This document shows, piece by piece, positions 1 through 12,447 of a DNA stretch of 63,112 bases. Where the stretch lies: NCBI RefSeq assembly GCF_001194135.2, contig NC_068981.1, positions 84,067,932 to 84,131,043 on the forward strand, written 5' to 3'. The stretch is from Octopus bimaculoides (lineage: Eukaryota). Below the pieces are notes generated by a model. That model was not told the origin of the DNA. It searched no databases and was given only the letters and a program-made list of their open reading frames with translations. Both the position numbers and the translations under genes were made by a program. Positions within the stretch are counted from its first letter, which is position 1, and each line of letters opens with the position of its first letter.

Positions 1-424
1 TATATATATGTACACACATACATACATAAACACTCATACATATAAATACATATATATGTATATAATGTATATATTGAACAGTGGATGTTAGTACGCATAA
101 GAATCGAACCCACATCTACTATGTGAGAGACGGAGACAGAGGAGGAAACACAAAGAGAAAGCGAGAGAGATAAAGACAGGGGCAGACGATCATATTTATA
201 ACATATTTTACGTACACGTATGTACCTGTCATCCTCTTCCGCTCTCTCTTCCAACCCTCTTTTCCCTTATACACACACACAGATATCTGTATGTGTGTGT
301 GCGCGTGCGTGTGCTTGTGTGTGTTTATGTGTGTGTGAATAAATATCCTTATTTATGCTTCAAAATAAGTACTTATGTGCAAGTATATTCGTGTGTGCAT
401 ATATATACATAAAAGTATACACAC

Positions 425-463
<39 letters not shown>

Positions 464-797
464 CATACATACATACATACATGAACAATATATATACATA
501 TATATATAATCCTATACACACATATAGCCGCTCCACTATATGATGTGTAGGGTTTAGGGCATAATAACTGTATCCATTTCTTTGTAAACTACGCGGATAT
601 TTCACCAATAAAGCGGTTTCGTCTCTGAAATGTTATTAAAGTGACAAACGAAATTCTTTATTTCACAGCAAGTCAGAAAAGATCCCAGAAGTGCCATGAA
701 GTCACATATATCTTCGTCACATCGGTATTATTTGAGTTACCCTGTCTCTGGCCCTCACTCACTCATTCTCTCTCTCTTTCTTTCTCTCTTTCCTCCT

Positions 798-833
<36 letters not shown>

Positions 834-990
834 ACCCTTTCTCTCTCTCTCTCTCTCTGTACGCTCTCTCCCTGTCTCTCTCTTTCTTCCCCCGGCTTCA
901 TTTTTCTATCAAATTCTTCGATTATGTACACGTTATTGTGTTTTTTGTCTTACTTTTGTGTACGCGTTTATGTGTGTGTATGTGTGTGTG

Positions 991-1021
<31 letters not shown>

Positions 1022-1070
1022 ACGTTTGTATGTATGTATCTATATATATATATGAATATATGTGATATAT

Positions 1071-1114
<44 letters not shown>

Positions 1115-2003
1115 NNNNNNNNNNNNNNNNNNNNNNNNNNNNNNNNNNNNNNNNNNNNNNNNNNNNNNNNNNNNNNNNNNNNNNNNNNNNNNNNNNNNNN
1201 NNNNNNNNNNNNNNNNNNNNNNNNNNNNNNNNNNNNNNNNNNNNNNNNNNNNNNNNNNNNNNNNNNNNNNNNNNNNNNNNNNNNNNNNNNNNNNNNNNNN
1301 NNNNNNNNNNNNNNNNNNNNNNNNNNNNNNNNNNNNNNNNNNNNNNNNNNNNNNNNNNNNNNNNNNNNNNNNNNNNNNNNNNNNNNNNNNNNNNNNNNNN
1401 NNNNNNNNNNNNNNNNNNNNNNNNNNNNNNNNNNNNNNNNNNNNNNNNNNNNNNNNNNNNNNNNNNNNNNNNNNNNNNNNNNNNNNNNNNNNNNNNNNNN
1501 NNNNNNNNNNNNNNNNNNNNNNNNNNNNNNNNNNNNNNNNNNNNNNNNNNNNNNNNNNNNNNNNNNNNNNNNNNNNNNNNNNNNNNNNNNNNNNNNNNNN
1601 NNNNNNNNNNNNNNNNNNNNNNNNNNNNNNNNNNNNNNNNNNNNNNNNNNNNNNNNNNNNNNNNNNNNNNNNNNNNNNNNNNNNNNNNNNNNNNNNNNNN
1701 NNNNNNNNNNNNNNNNNNNNNNNNNNNNNNNNNNNNNNNNNNNNNNNNNNNNNNNNNNNNNNNNNNNNNNNNNNNNNNNNNNNNNNNNNNNNNNNNNNNN
1801 NNNNNNNNNNNNNNNNNNNNNNNNNNNNNNNNNNNNNNNNNNNNNNNNNNNNNNNNNNNNNNNNNNNNNNNNNNNNNNNNNNNNNNNNNNNNNNNNNNNN
1901 NNNNNNNNNNNNNNNNNNNNNNNNNNNNNNNNNNNNNNNNNNNNNNNNNNNNNNNNNNNNNNNNNNNNNNNNNNNNNNNNNNNNNNNNNNNNNNNNNNNN
2001 NNN

Positions 2004-2035
<32 letters not shown>

Positions 2036-2164
2036 CATATATAGATATATATATATACGTACATAACACAGCAATCAGATATGTATGTATATGTGTATAT
2101 ATTTAATGTATGCAAACATAGACACGTCTCTCTCTCTCTATATATATATGTGTGCGTAAATTTT

Positions 2165-2196
<32 letters not shown>

Positions 2197-2364
2197 TGTA
2201 TGTATGTATATGAAAACGTTTAGTTGCATACACGTACACATTACCACTACAAACTTTATGGCTATTAGGATCATTCTTGTGGTAAATGCTAATGTTGCCG
2301 CTGCTGCTGCCGATTCCACTACTGCTGGCGGTAATGACGACGATGATGGTGATGATCTTGTTGG

Positions 2365-2455
<91 letters not shown>

Positions 2456-2862
2456 GGTGGTGCTGGTGGTGCTGGTGATGATGACGACGATGATGATGAT
2501 GATTTTGATGACTAAGACGAAGCGGAGGCGGCGGTGTGGGAGGAGACGGACCAGGTTTGCGGGGATGAGACGGTCGGGTGGGGAAGCTGGTTGATGGTGG
2601 AAAGCCTTTTTTACATCACGTTTGTTATTTTCAGTCTTTTCATTACACTCTTTTTTTTTTTTTTTACTTCAGCTATTATTTTTATTCTTCAATTTTTGTT
2701 TTAGGCTCCTTATTATCGCCCTTTATTTATTCGCTTAACTCCTCTTATCAACCAGTATTATACCATTTAACTACCTCACAAAAGATACTTGATCCTGTCA
2801 CTTCTATTTTCAATTTCTTCCATTCTTTATCACTTTTTATTATTATCATTATTACTATTATT

Positions 2863-2915
<53 letters not shown>

Positions 2916-4329
2916 CATTATCATTATTATCATCATCATCATCCGCATCATTATTATTATCATTATTGTTATTTATTATTATTATTATTGTATTTGTTGT
3001 TGGTGGTGTTTTGATTTTGGTAGTGNNNNNNNNNNNNNNNNNNNNNNNNNNNNNNNNNNNNNNNNNNNNNNNNNNNNNNNNNNNNNNNNNNNNNNNNNNN
3101 GGTGGTGGTGGTGGTGGTGGTGGTATTTGTGGCGGCGGTGGCGATGGCGTTGGTGGTATTTTTGTGCCAAAGGTCACGTTTCTGAGAGATCTACATGGAA
3201 AATATTTTCTTTCCGGATATTCTAAAGAAAAGAATAAATTAGAAGGTGGAATCTTTTTAATGGTGAAACAGCTTCTGTTTAATTCATTGCCTAGCATTGA
3301 CGAAATGTTTATCCGTAGGCATTTAAAACTTTTTACACATATTTCACATGTAGCCGTTGCAATAATTACATGCGTTACAAGGCAAGATTTTTTTTCCTTA
3401 GAACTAACATTACTCTTAGCAGTAACGTAAATATACACGCCTGCAAATAATTCTCAAATGAGAAATCATTTGGAAACAAGCATACAGAGAGAGAGGGGGG
3501 AGGAAAAGGGAGGAGAAAGAGAGGGGGGAAAGGGAGAGCGAGAGCGACACAAGCTGCTTGTATGATGGATAACATCCAAAGAAAGAACACCAATGGAAAC
3601 AATTTCAGTGGTAATAAAATCTACTATCGGCATAAAACGGCAGCACCATTAACACTGAGAACACAGCACCATTTGCAAACGTTGTGGATCAAAGGGTGGG
3701 GAGCAATGGATATAAGCCACCTCAAGAATAAGAGGTGCAAGCTTGAGAGCAATTGGAGAAATTGTAAGGTAACACTGTTTTACAAAAGACAGTGTGTCGT
3801 TGCCCCGTTAATTTACCACAGAAAGATATACAGAAAGCAGACATAATGTGTTTCCTTGTTTTGTTTTTTTTTTTAATGGGAAGAAAATCCCTGAATTTGA
3901 ATTTGAAAATCTTTGGCCGTATGCAGCAGGATATTTGTTTCATAGGCCGGAACAAGTCATATAGAAGCCTGTACTTGGTTTTTGAGACCTAGCGTTAGAC
4001 ATCCTATAAGACGTACAAAATGGTACTCAGAAATACAAGGAGTACTGTTGTTATGGAATCAGTGATAAAATTGAGGAATAATCAAGGGTTTCTCCTTACT
4101 TTTGTGGCAATTATACGAACATACTGTGAGCACAGCTGTTAACAGCAAAAACATGTAGTCAGATGAAGTCTGTCTGAATATTCACACCGCTTTCTAACGT
4201 GAAGGAATTGAGAAAATATCACTAAGACTAATAGCAAATGGGAGAAGGTCTGATTCTCAAACACTTGGTAGACAGGCCACTTCAGAGCTTTCTGCTTGGA
4301 AAAGGGAAAGGAAGATAGTAGTAAAAGAC

Positions 4330-5215
4330 CCATGAGGTGCAATAGTAACTAGTGATGTCAATATCTCTTTAATCTTTTACTCTTTTACTTGTTTCAGTCA
4401 TTTGACTGCGGCCATGCTGGAGCACCGCCTTTAGTCGAGCAAATCGACCCCAGGACTTATTCTTTAGAAGCCTATCGGTCTCTTTTTGCCGAACCGCTAA
4501 GTAACGGGGACGTAAACACACCAGCATCGGTTGTCAAGCGATGATGGGGACAAACACAGACACACACACACACACACANNNNNNNNNNNNNNNNNNNNNN
4601 NNNNNNNNNNNNNNNNNNNNNNNNNNNNNNNNNNNNNNNNNNNNNNNNNNNNNNNNNNNNNNNNNNNNNNNNNNNNNNNNNNNNNNNNNNNNNNNNNNNN
4701 NNNNNNNNNNNNNNNNNNNNNNNNNNNNNNNNNNNNNNNNNNNNNNNNNNNNNNNNNNNNNNNNNNNNNNNNNNNNNNNNNNNNNNNNNNNNNNNNNNNN
4801 NNNNNNNNNNNNNNNNNNNNNNNNNNNNNNNNNNNNNNNNNNNNNNNNNNNNNNNNNNNNNNNNNNNNNNNNNNNNNNNNNNNNNNNNNNNNNNNNNNNN
4901 NNNNNNNNNTATATATATATATATATATATTTACATATATACGACGGGCTTCTTTCAGTTTCCGTCTACAAAATCCACTCACAAGGCTTTGGTTGGCCCG
5001 AGGCTATAGTAGAATACACTTGCCCAAGGTGCCACGCAGTGGAACTGAACCCGGAACCATGTGGTTGGGAAGCAAGCTACTTACCACACAGCCACTCCTG
5101 AGCCTCTTCAAAAATCATTGAGAAAGAGGATAATTGCGGGCAACTGCTTCGAAAACTCCAGCTGCTATATCCAGATTATAAATTCACATTTACGCAGTAA
5201 TGATTAGTGTACAGA
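4330..5215 (+). mobile_element. C-terminal RLE-domain remnant of an R4/NeSL-type LINE, interrupted by the SINE
   Basis: Removing the SINE joins ...GATGTCAATATCTCTTTA to AAAATCATTGAGAAAGAGGAT..., giving DVNISLKIIEKEDNCGQLLRKLQLLYPDYKFTF. This resembles the region after the PD-(D/E)xK motif of RLE LINEs. Confidence 0.55.
4373..5105 (-). mobile_element. tRNA-headed SINE, family A (internal microsatellite, (GTAAAAGA)n tail)
   Basis: Minus strand reads AGGCTCAGGAGTGGCTGTGTGGTAAG (A-box-like) ... CCGGGTTCAGTTCC (B-box-like), then a (TA)/(TG) tract with a gap, then ...GGCGGTGCTCCAGCATGGCCGCAGTCAAATGACTGAAACAAGTAAAAGAGTAAAAGA. Collinear with at least 5 other copies in the window. Confidence 0.9.
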
Positions 5216-5865
5216 ATTTAAAAATAATAATATGAAGTTAGAAAGACCAAAGTAAATGTACGTTTACTTTAGTCTTTCTAGCTACTTTAATTGTAATATT
5301 AATAATTGTTTCTCTGTTTTAACTTATTTTTTCCTTTATTGCGTGTTATATACGTGTTACCTAATATGATATTTTATGTGAACATGAGTCCTTTATATAC
5401 ATCATCTTCCCACATTAACTCATTCTCATTCCTTTATTTTTTCCCATTTGTCTAGGTTCACTAAGTATTAGCTTGTCATCACTTCTTCAAACTAAACTTC
5501 ATTCTTCTGTATAGATTTTTTTTAAATAATATATTATACTACGTACTGATTTCAACCGTTATTTTTAATTTTTAATTTTAATTTAAATATGGTATTGTCT
5601 TCCCATTGGACATTTCTACTACTTACTTGCCCTGTGCTACTGATATGGAGCTATAATTCTAATTTCCATACTCTTCGATAGAGTGAACGTCTCCGATACC
5701 TCTTTACTTATATCTTCAAATAACCGTTGAAGCTGTTATTTATGGTTCAATATCTGACAAGACTCTCATCTCTTTCTCACAGGGATGCAAATGTGACTTT
5801 CTTCGATCCAATTTTTTCTGGTCTATTCCTTTTGAAGTTTCTTATATTATGGCTTCTTCCCTTAC

Positions 5866-5952
5866 TGTACTGAAGAGTACGTTGATATTTATTTAATTTA
5901 ATTCAATCATGAATATATATTATTATATCTCTGTACGAAACGATCGTCTGCA
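5866..5952 (+). ncRNA. Type I hammerhead ribozyme, minimal palindromic stem III (PLE-type)
   Basis: TGTA (5866-69), CTGAAGA (5870-76), GTAC (5877-80), 52-nt AT-rich loop, GTAC (5933-36), GAAA (5937-40), CGATCG, TC, TGCA (5949-52). Core complete; ACGATCGT is a palindrome; GUC triplet at 5946-48. Confidence 0.75.
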
Positions 5953-6098
5953 AGAACTAAACTTCTTATAAATTTTAACAACTTGTTTCCTCAATTATTA
6001 ACAAAGTTGTTGGGATTTATGAAACTTCATTGCATAAATTCATCATACATTATATATATATATATATATATATTTATATAAATAAGGATAAGATCGGT

Positions 6099-6370
6099 AT
6101 TTAAAATATTGATCTTATCAAGTGGTCAGCATGGGAATAAAAACCATCAAAGGTAATAATTATTTAAAATTATAATACCACCACTGTTTTCATTTTGTGT
6201 CCTCTTTTTTTCTTTTTTCCTTTCAGTTTGTTTCACTTTGCTCTTTTTATTTCATTCATAATAAATACCCTGTATTATAATTGATACCCTGTATTATAAT
6301 TTTAAATAATTATTACCTTTGATGGTTTTTATTCCCATGCTGACCACTTGATAAGATCAATATTTTAAAT
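6099..6370. repeat. Perfect 80-bp inverted repeat (6099-6178 / 6291-6370) abutting a gap
   Basis: The arms are exact reverse complements over 80 nt by direct comparison; spacer 112 bp; the right arm ends at the N-gap. Confidence 0.9.
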
Positions 6371-7735
6371 NNNNNNNNNNNNNNNNNNNNNNNNNNNNNN
6401 NNNNNNNNNNNNNNNNNNNNNNNNNNNNNNNNNNNNNNNNNNNNNNNNNNNNNNNNNNNNNNNNNNNNNNNNNNNNNNNNNNNNNNNNNNNNNNNNNNNN
6501 NNNNNNNNNNNNNNNNNNNNNNNNNNNNNNNNNNNNNNNNNNNNNNNNNNNNNNNNNNNNNNNNNNNNNNNNNNNNNNNNNNNNNNNNNNNNNNNNNNNN
6601 NNNNNNNNNNNNNNNNNNNNNNNNNNNNNNNNNNNNNNNNNNNNNNNNNNNNNNNNNNNNNNNNNNNNNNNNNNNNNNNNNNNNNNNNNNNNNNNNNNNN
6701 NNNNNNNNNNNNNNNNNNNNNNNNNNNNNNNNNNNNNNNNNNNNNNNNNNNNNNNNNNNNNNNNNNNNNNNNNNNNNNNNNNNNNNNNNNNNNNNNNNNN
6801 NNNNNNNNNNNNNNNNNNNNNNNNNNNNNNNNNNNNNNNNNNNNNNNNNNNNNNNNNNNNNNNNNNNNNNNNNNNNNNNNNNNNNNNNNNNNNNNNNNNN
6901 NNNNNNNNNTACATATATATACATATATATGTATATATGTATATATATACATATATATATATAACACATACTTTTATACACACACATATAGATAGGTAGG
7001 TAGGTAGGTACATACATTAATACATTCACATACACACACGCACACGCACTGTACGTACGTATGTTTATAACGATACAAATCTCTGTACTTGAGTGTTATT
7101 TGACCCGATGTTAAGGTATTAATACATCGAACTGAATCGAATGTTCCTGAACAACTGTTTACGCCTCTATTGTATCTCGTTTGTTTACTTTATTTCTTTA
7201 TTATATCATTTTCGCACATCGTAATACAATGTGATAAAGGGTGACACGGGTTAGCTATGTCTCACTCTGCTCTCAACGCAGAATGTCAGTTCTGTCTAGG
7301 ATACTTATTTCTCATATTATCGCCGATATAAATTTCCACAAATTTAAGGCTTCCATATTATTTTCATCGTCTATTTTTTTTTTGCGTTTGTTTTTCCTTC
7401 TGTTTTTTTTCTTTGCTTTTGCTTTTGTAGTATTTATTATCGTTATTTGTTGTCCCTTCTGATGTTGTTGCCAATAAGGGACTGTTCTATAGTTTCAGAT
7501 GGTTTGGCAAAATTTTATTCTATGTCTGTTACGTTCCTTCTCATCCCATTTACATTTATCATTCATAATATTTGTTAAATCTGATTAACGTGTGGCGTTT
7601 AACACACACACACAAACATGCACACACACAAGCACACACATACAGAAAAGCACACACATGCATGTATGTATGTATGTATGTATGTATGTATGTACATACG
7701 TATGTATGTGTGAGGGTATGTACGTATATATGTGC

Positions 7736-7783
<48 letters not shown>

Positions 7784-8748
7784 NNNNNNNNNNNNNNNNN
7801 NNNNNNNNNNNNNNNNNNNNNNNNNNNNNNNNNNNNNNNNNNNNNNNNNNNNNNNNNNNNNNNNNNNNNNNNNNNNNNNNNNNNNNNNNNNNNNNNNNNN
7901 NNNNNNNNNNNNNNNNNNNNNNNNNNNNNNNNNNNNNNNNNNNNNNNNNNNNNNNNNNNNNNNNNNNNNNNNNNNNNNNNNNNNNNNNNNNNNNNNNNNN
8001 NNNNNNNNNNNNNNNNNNNNNNNNNNNNNNNNNNNNNNNNNNNNNNNNNNNNNNNNNNNNNNNNNNNNNNNNNNNNNNNNNNNNNNNNNNNNNNNNNNNN
8101 NNNNNNNNNAAAAGGGGGTAGATATTACTTTGGAAGCGTAATACTTGAGCGAGTGTTTGAAATTTACGAGCCATCTTTTAATAGTGAATATTTCCTCGTA
8201 TCTTCTTCAACGTTCCACAAAGCAATAAGATTGAAGGAAAATGTGTTTCTGTATTCTTTTGTCTGTTCTTCCGCTCAACTTTAACACAGTCAGCCTATAT
8301 TTTCACTTCAAAATGACATCTTTCAGTGTGTGTTCTTTTAATTCAATTGCTCGCCTGCAATGTCATCTAAATCATGCTTAATAAGCGCATGCGCCTACCA
8401 TCTTGAGTTGACTTCTACCATCTGTGTTATCTCTTCTCCCTTATTTTACTTCTTCCTTTTTTCTATTTTTCGGTTTGTTTTCCTGTTGTTGTTTTTTTTG
8501 TCTTTGTTTATTTGTTTCTTTTTTTATTTTTGTTTTTCTATTTTGTGGTTTGCATTTATTTCCTTTTTAACCAATTCTTTTCGTTGGTCTTGACTTTGGT
8601 TTTATGGGGCAGCTACTTTTATGGGGTTGCAGAGAGAATCAAGCAAAAATAATCGTAAATGAATGAAATAAAAAAAGCAAAGTAAAACAAACTGAAAGGA
8701 AAAAAGAAAAAAAGAGGACACAAAATGAAAACAGTTTGAGACCATATA

Positions 8749-9035
8749 TATCAGGTTGAGTAAAAAGTAAGCAACGTTTTGAACGATGAAGAATTTGTAT
8801 AGGATTTTTGCAGAGTTTTGAATTTTTTAAAACATTTTTTGGCAATTGTCTGATAATACAGACATAGACTTGCCCAAATGCATCAATTAATTAACACTGA
8901 TATTTTTTTTTTTTACCGTTGTTACAATCATTTGAAATGGAACTGTCAAAGCGTGATATTCGAGCAATTTCGCTATTCAGCTTCAAAAAAGGACGTAAAG
9001 TAACTGAAACTGCACTCGATATCAACGAAATGTTT
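8749..9035 (+). mobile_element. Mariner 5' end: TIR plus truncated transposase N-terminus
   Basis: TIR-like TATCAGGTTGAGTAAAAAGTAAGCAACGTTTT. ATG at 8937 gives MELSKRDIRAISLFSFKKGRKVTETALDINEMF, like the mariner N-terminal HTH. Truncated where the next element begins. Confidence 0.75.
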
Positions 9036-9215
9036 TCTTCGGATTTTGTGAGTTGGAGTTATTAATTTTTTGGTACTTGTTGGATTGTGTTATTGTTTAT
9101 GAAGAGGTGGGTTGTTAAAAAGTTATATTTGTTATTGTTGAACATTTATTGAACGTTGTTGCTGTTAAGTCGTTAAAACAATTGTTGTTTTTCCCCGTGC
9201 GGGGGAGCCAGCATT

Positions 9216-10153
9216 ATGGCTAGTCCAAAGAAGCAAGAACTCATGGTGGAAGAACTCATGGAGAAGATTGTAGAATCACGTCTTCACGAAGATTCTGACG
9301 AAGAGAGTCCGTGAATGAGGAGGAATAGCTCACATGAACAAAAAATAATAAAGCCGTCACCTTCGAGAAAGAATGTCGATGTACCAAGTCTACTAACGAA
9401 AGAAAAAGTAGACGAGTGAAAGGAAAAAACAAAGAAACAGCTTCACTTCGCCGCTGCGGCGGGAGCAAAAGTAAAAAGAATTAACCTTAGCAATATGGAA
9501 GAACATAAAAAATTGTTAACAAGGGAGGGGCATGAAATCAAATTGGCCCCTCCAAAGTGCATTCAACAAAATTTAGAAAATAAAACATTGATTTTTAAGA
9601 CATACAAAATCAAGGAAAGAAAAATTGACTACGTTGTGGAGGCTGAAATAGAAAAATGCCTCAAACTGATATGGAATATCATAAAATATGTAACAAGCGG
9701 AAGACATTTTACAACTGTCGAGGTTAGGATGGAGTCGGAAGAAGATGCCCGGCTCCATTCGGTAGATCTTTTGCAAACAGAGGAAGTGGTGCTTCTGCCC
9801 ATATACATGGGTAGAAGGATCACCATCAATAATTTGCCCCTGAGGTGGACCCAGAGTGGCTCGTCGCAGCATTGACGATGGGCCTGGAGGGAAAAATTAC
9901 AGTTCTAGACGCTGCCGTGATGGAGCCACGCAACTGGCATGGACAAAGCGTCCGAATAATTATACAAGCCGAACAAACCACGCTGGAAGAGATTACCGAA
10001 ATTATCGAGGTTGGTGAGACCCGTCTGGTAGTGATGGTGAAGGGTCGCCAGCCTCGATGCTTCCAGTGTGGCAAGAAGGATCACCTCAGGGTAGATTGCA
10101 AGCCTAAACAAGCTGGAAAAAAAGAAGGAAAAATATATGGTTGCTATTTCTAA
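9216..10153 (+). pseudogene. Non-LTR retrotransposon ORF1/gag-like pseudogene with CCHC zinc knuckle
   Basis: ORFs 9495-9875 and 9845-10153 fuse if one C is restored near 9837-9840 (NNLPPEVDPEW). The C-terminus has C-FQ-C-GKKD-H-LRVD-C (CX2CX4HX4C). An upstream broken start MASPKKQELM begins at 9216. No ORF2 follows. Confidence 0.7.
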
Positions 10154-10251
10154 CAGGTTAAATAACAACCCAGAATCACCTTTCTGCGCAAATATTTATA
10201 TCAATGCTTGCATGTTTCCATACGTTGTTATCGACCTCTGTGTATAACTTT

Positions 10252-10349
10252 TCAGCCGAAACGTTGTGTTAACAAGATGAGGACAAGTATACGTCAAATT
10301 TAAATAATGTAAATAATGTACATAATTCCTCATCTCTCAAATATAAAAC
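10252..10349 (+). mobile_element. 3' fragment of SINE family D carrying the 3' half of a hammerhead
   Basis: CAGCCGAAACGTTGTGTTAACAAGATGAGGACAAGTATACGTCAAATTTAAATAATGTA matches 50343-50408. Confidence 0.8.
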
Positions 10350-10614
10350 AGGTTTAGGTTAGTTAAAATATGTTTGTGACATATTTCAACTGCTAAAAAT
10401 CAAATTCACGGCAGTTACCATAGAGAAAATGTTCTCTTATAGTAAAAAGGTGTAAAAACACCTTATCTGTTCAGCGTTGCCATCTATCAGGATTCCTCGA
10501 CAACGATGTTTCTAGCTCCTGAGAAATACCAAAGAAAGATAGCTCTGAGCAGATCTTATAAAACTATAGCTTTATCTAAAATACAGTCAACAACATTGAC
10601 TGATTTGCGTCAGT

Positions 10615-10729
10615 AGACCGCCAGGTCATTGAAATTCCTCGGCGGAATTTGAACTCAGAACGTAAAAACAGCCTAAATACCACTTAACATTTCGCCCAGT
10701 ATGCTAAGGTTTTTGCCAGTTCGCCGCCT
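10615..10729 (-). mobile_element. SINE family C fragment
   Basis: Reverse complement begins AAGGCGGCGAACTGGCAAAAACC and contains CTGAGTTCAAATTCCGCCGAGG; matches 59955-60050. Confidence 0.7.
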
Positions 10730-11084
10730 TAAAATTACCGAAATATTAGCGCCAAACTGTTTTTAAGAATAAGAAAGATTAGATTGTGCTAACTCACACA
10801 TACACACATACACTCACATATTTTAATAGAATAAACTTTGTTGCAAGTAATCGGGAAAGCCCTCCATGCTGAGGATAGCTTTCTCCTTCCTTGTAAAGAG
10901 GCCCTGTAAAGAGTCATGGGTAATGCGGTCACTGTTGATGAAAATATAACAAAAATGGGATGCAAATACACTCACACACAATACATTAGATAGCGAATTA
11001 TAGAGAGTGGGCATAAGGAAATTAGAGGGGATAGATAAGAAGAGAGAAAAGAGTAGCTTACACGTTAAGTGCAAGAGAGAGGAA

Positions 11085-11710
11085 GAGTGAGAGAGATCTA
11101 CAGAGAGGAGAGATAGAAGTAACGAGAGAAGGAGAGAGAAAAAAGAGCGACCTGTACATAGAGCGAAAGACAGAGAAAGAGAGAGAAAGAGGGGCTGGAA
11201 AGAGAGCTACAGAGAGAAGGAGATATAGAAGTGAAGAGAGGTGAGAGAGAAGGAGATATAGAAGTGAAGAGAGGTGAGAGTGAAAAGTGTGACTTAAACA
11301 TAAGCGAGAGACAGCGAGAGAGAGAGAGGGAGAAAGGCCTAGAGAGAGAAAGAGAGATAGAAGTGAAGAAGGAAGTAGGAAGAGAGAAAAGAGCGAAAAG
11401 AGTTACAGAGAGAAGGAAATATAGAAGTGAAGAGAGAAGGAGAAAGAGAGAAAAAAGGACTTACATATAGAACAAAAGACAGTGAGAGAGAGAGAGAGGG
11501 GGGGAGAAGGGAGAAAGACCTACAGAGAGAAAGGCACATAGGAGGGAAGAAGGAAGTAGAGAGATAGAAAGAGGGTGGGAAAGAGAGAAAGAGAGAGAAG
11601 GTGGGGGAATCTACAGGCAGAAGGAGAGATGGAAGAGAAGAAAGACAGTGCGAGACAGAGGTGGGGGGGGGCAGAGAGGTCGATAGAGAGACGGAGAGAG
11701 ATACATAAAT
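11085..11710. repeat. GA-rich low-complexity region with internal duplications
   Basis: GAGAGAAGGAGATATAGAAGTGAAGAGAGGTGA is directly repeated near 11212-11280; a related block recurs near 11400-11500. Confidence 0.7.
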
Positions 11711-12003
11711 AACTAAATACATACAAACGAAGGAAGTGTGAAGATAGGTATTTGAAGTGAGAAGACGAGTCGGAGAATCGGTCGTGAAGAAAGAGATTAG
11801 AGGTGGAGAGGGAGAGAAAAATAAAACAGAGATGATGGTTCTTTAATGAAACATTTTACGACATACTGCCAGAGAGGATCTGTCGATAATTGTGTCTTAT
11901 AGACTTAATTATAACAGTTCTCGTCTCCTCTTGCCGCTGTTTTATTTGAGGCCACTGATGGATTGCACTCATTGCGCCTGTTGGTGTGCATGTGTGCGTG
12001 TAC

Positions 12004-12043
<40 letters not shown>

Positions 12044-12447
12044 GTGTGTGTGTGTACTTATACAAGTATGTGTTTGAGTGTAGGTATCTTTCTATACATA
12101 TATTTGTGCTTGTGCGTGCGTGTGTGTGTATATGTGTGTGTCTGAGTGTATGCATGTTTATGTGTATGCATGTATATATATGCATGTATGTACGCACGTA
12201 TATATTGATACACGTATATATTGATACACGTATGCATGTATGTATATAGGTTTGTATGCTTGTATATGTGTGAGTGTGTGTTTGGTTGTGTCTAGATTTG
12301 TCCATGTGTGTACGCATATGCATATGTGACAGTGTCTGCTTTGGCTTGAGGACTGTGTGTTCATTTGAGCTCTAATTGAAAGTATAAATACGCATGCGTC
12401 TTGTATCTATTTATGCCCTTTAATTTATAGGTGTTTGTGTCTGTATG

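Noticed and set aside
670-724. Possible plus-strand exon after TTTATTTCACAG
   Set aside because: Weak donor (GTATTA) and an unrecognisable peptide.
355-3438. Long ORFs up to 467 aa, and similar YI/VC/HT/poly-I/poly-D ORFs throughout the window
   Set aside because: They are translations of microsatellites and N-gaps, with no domain content.
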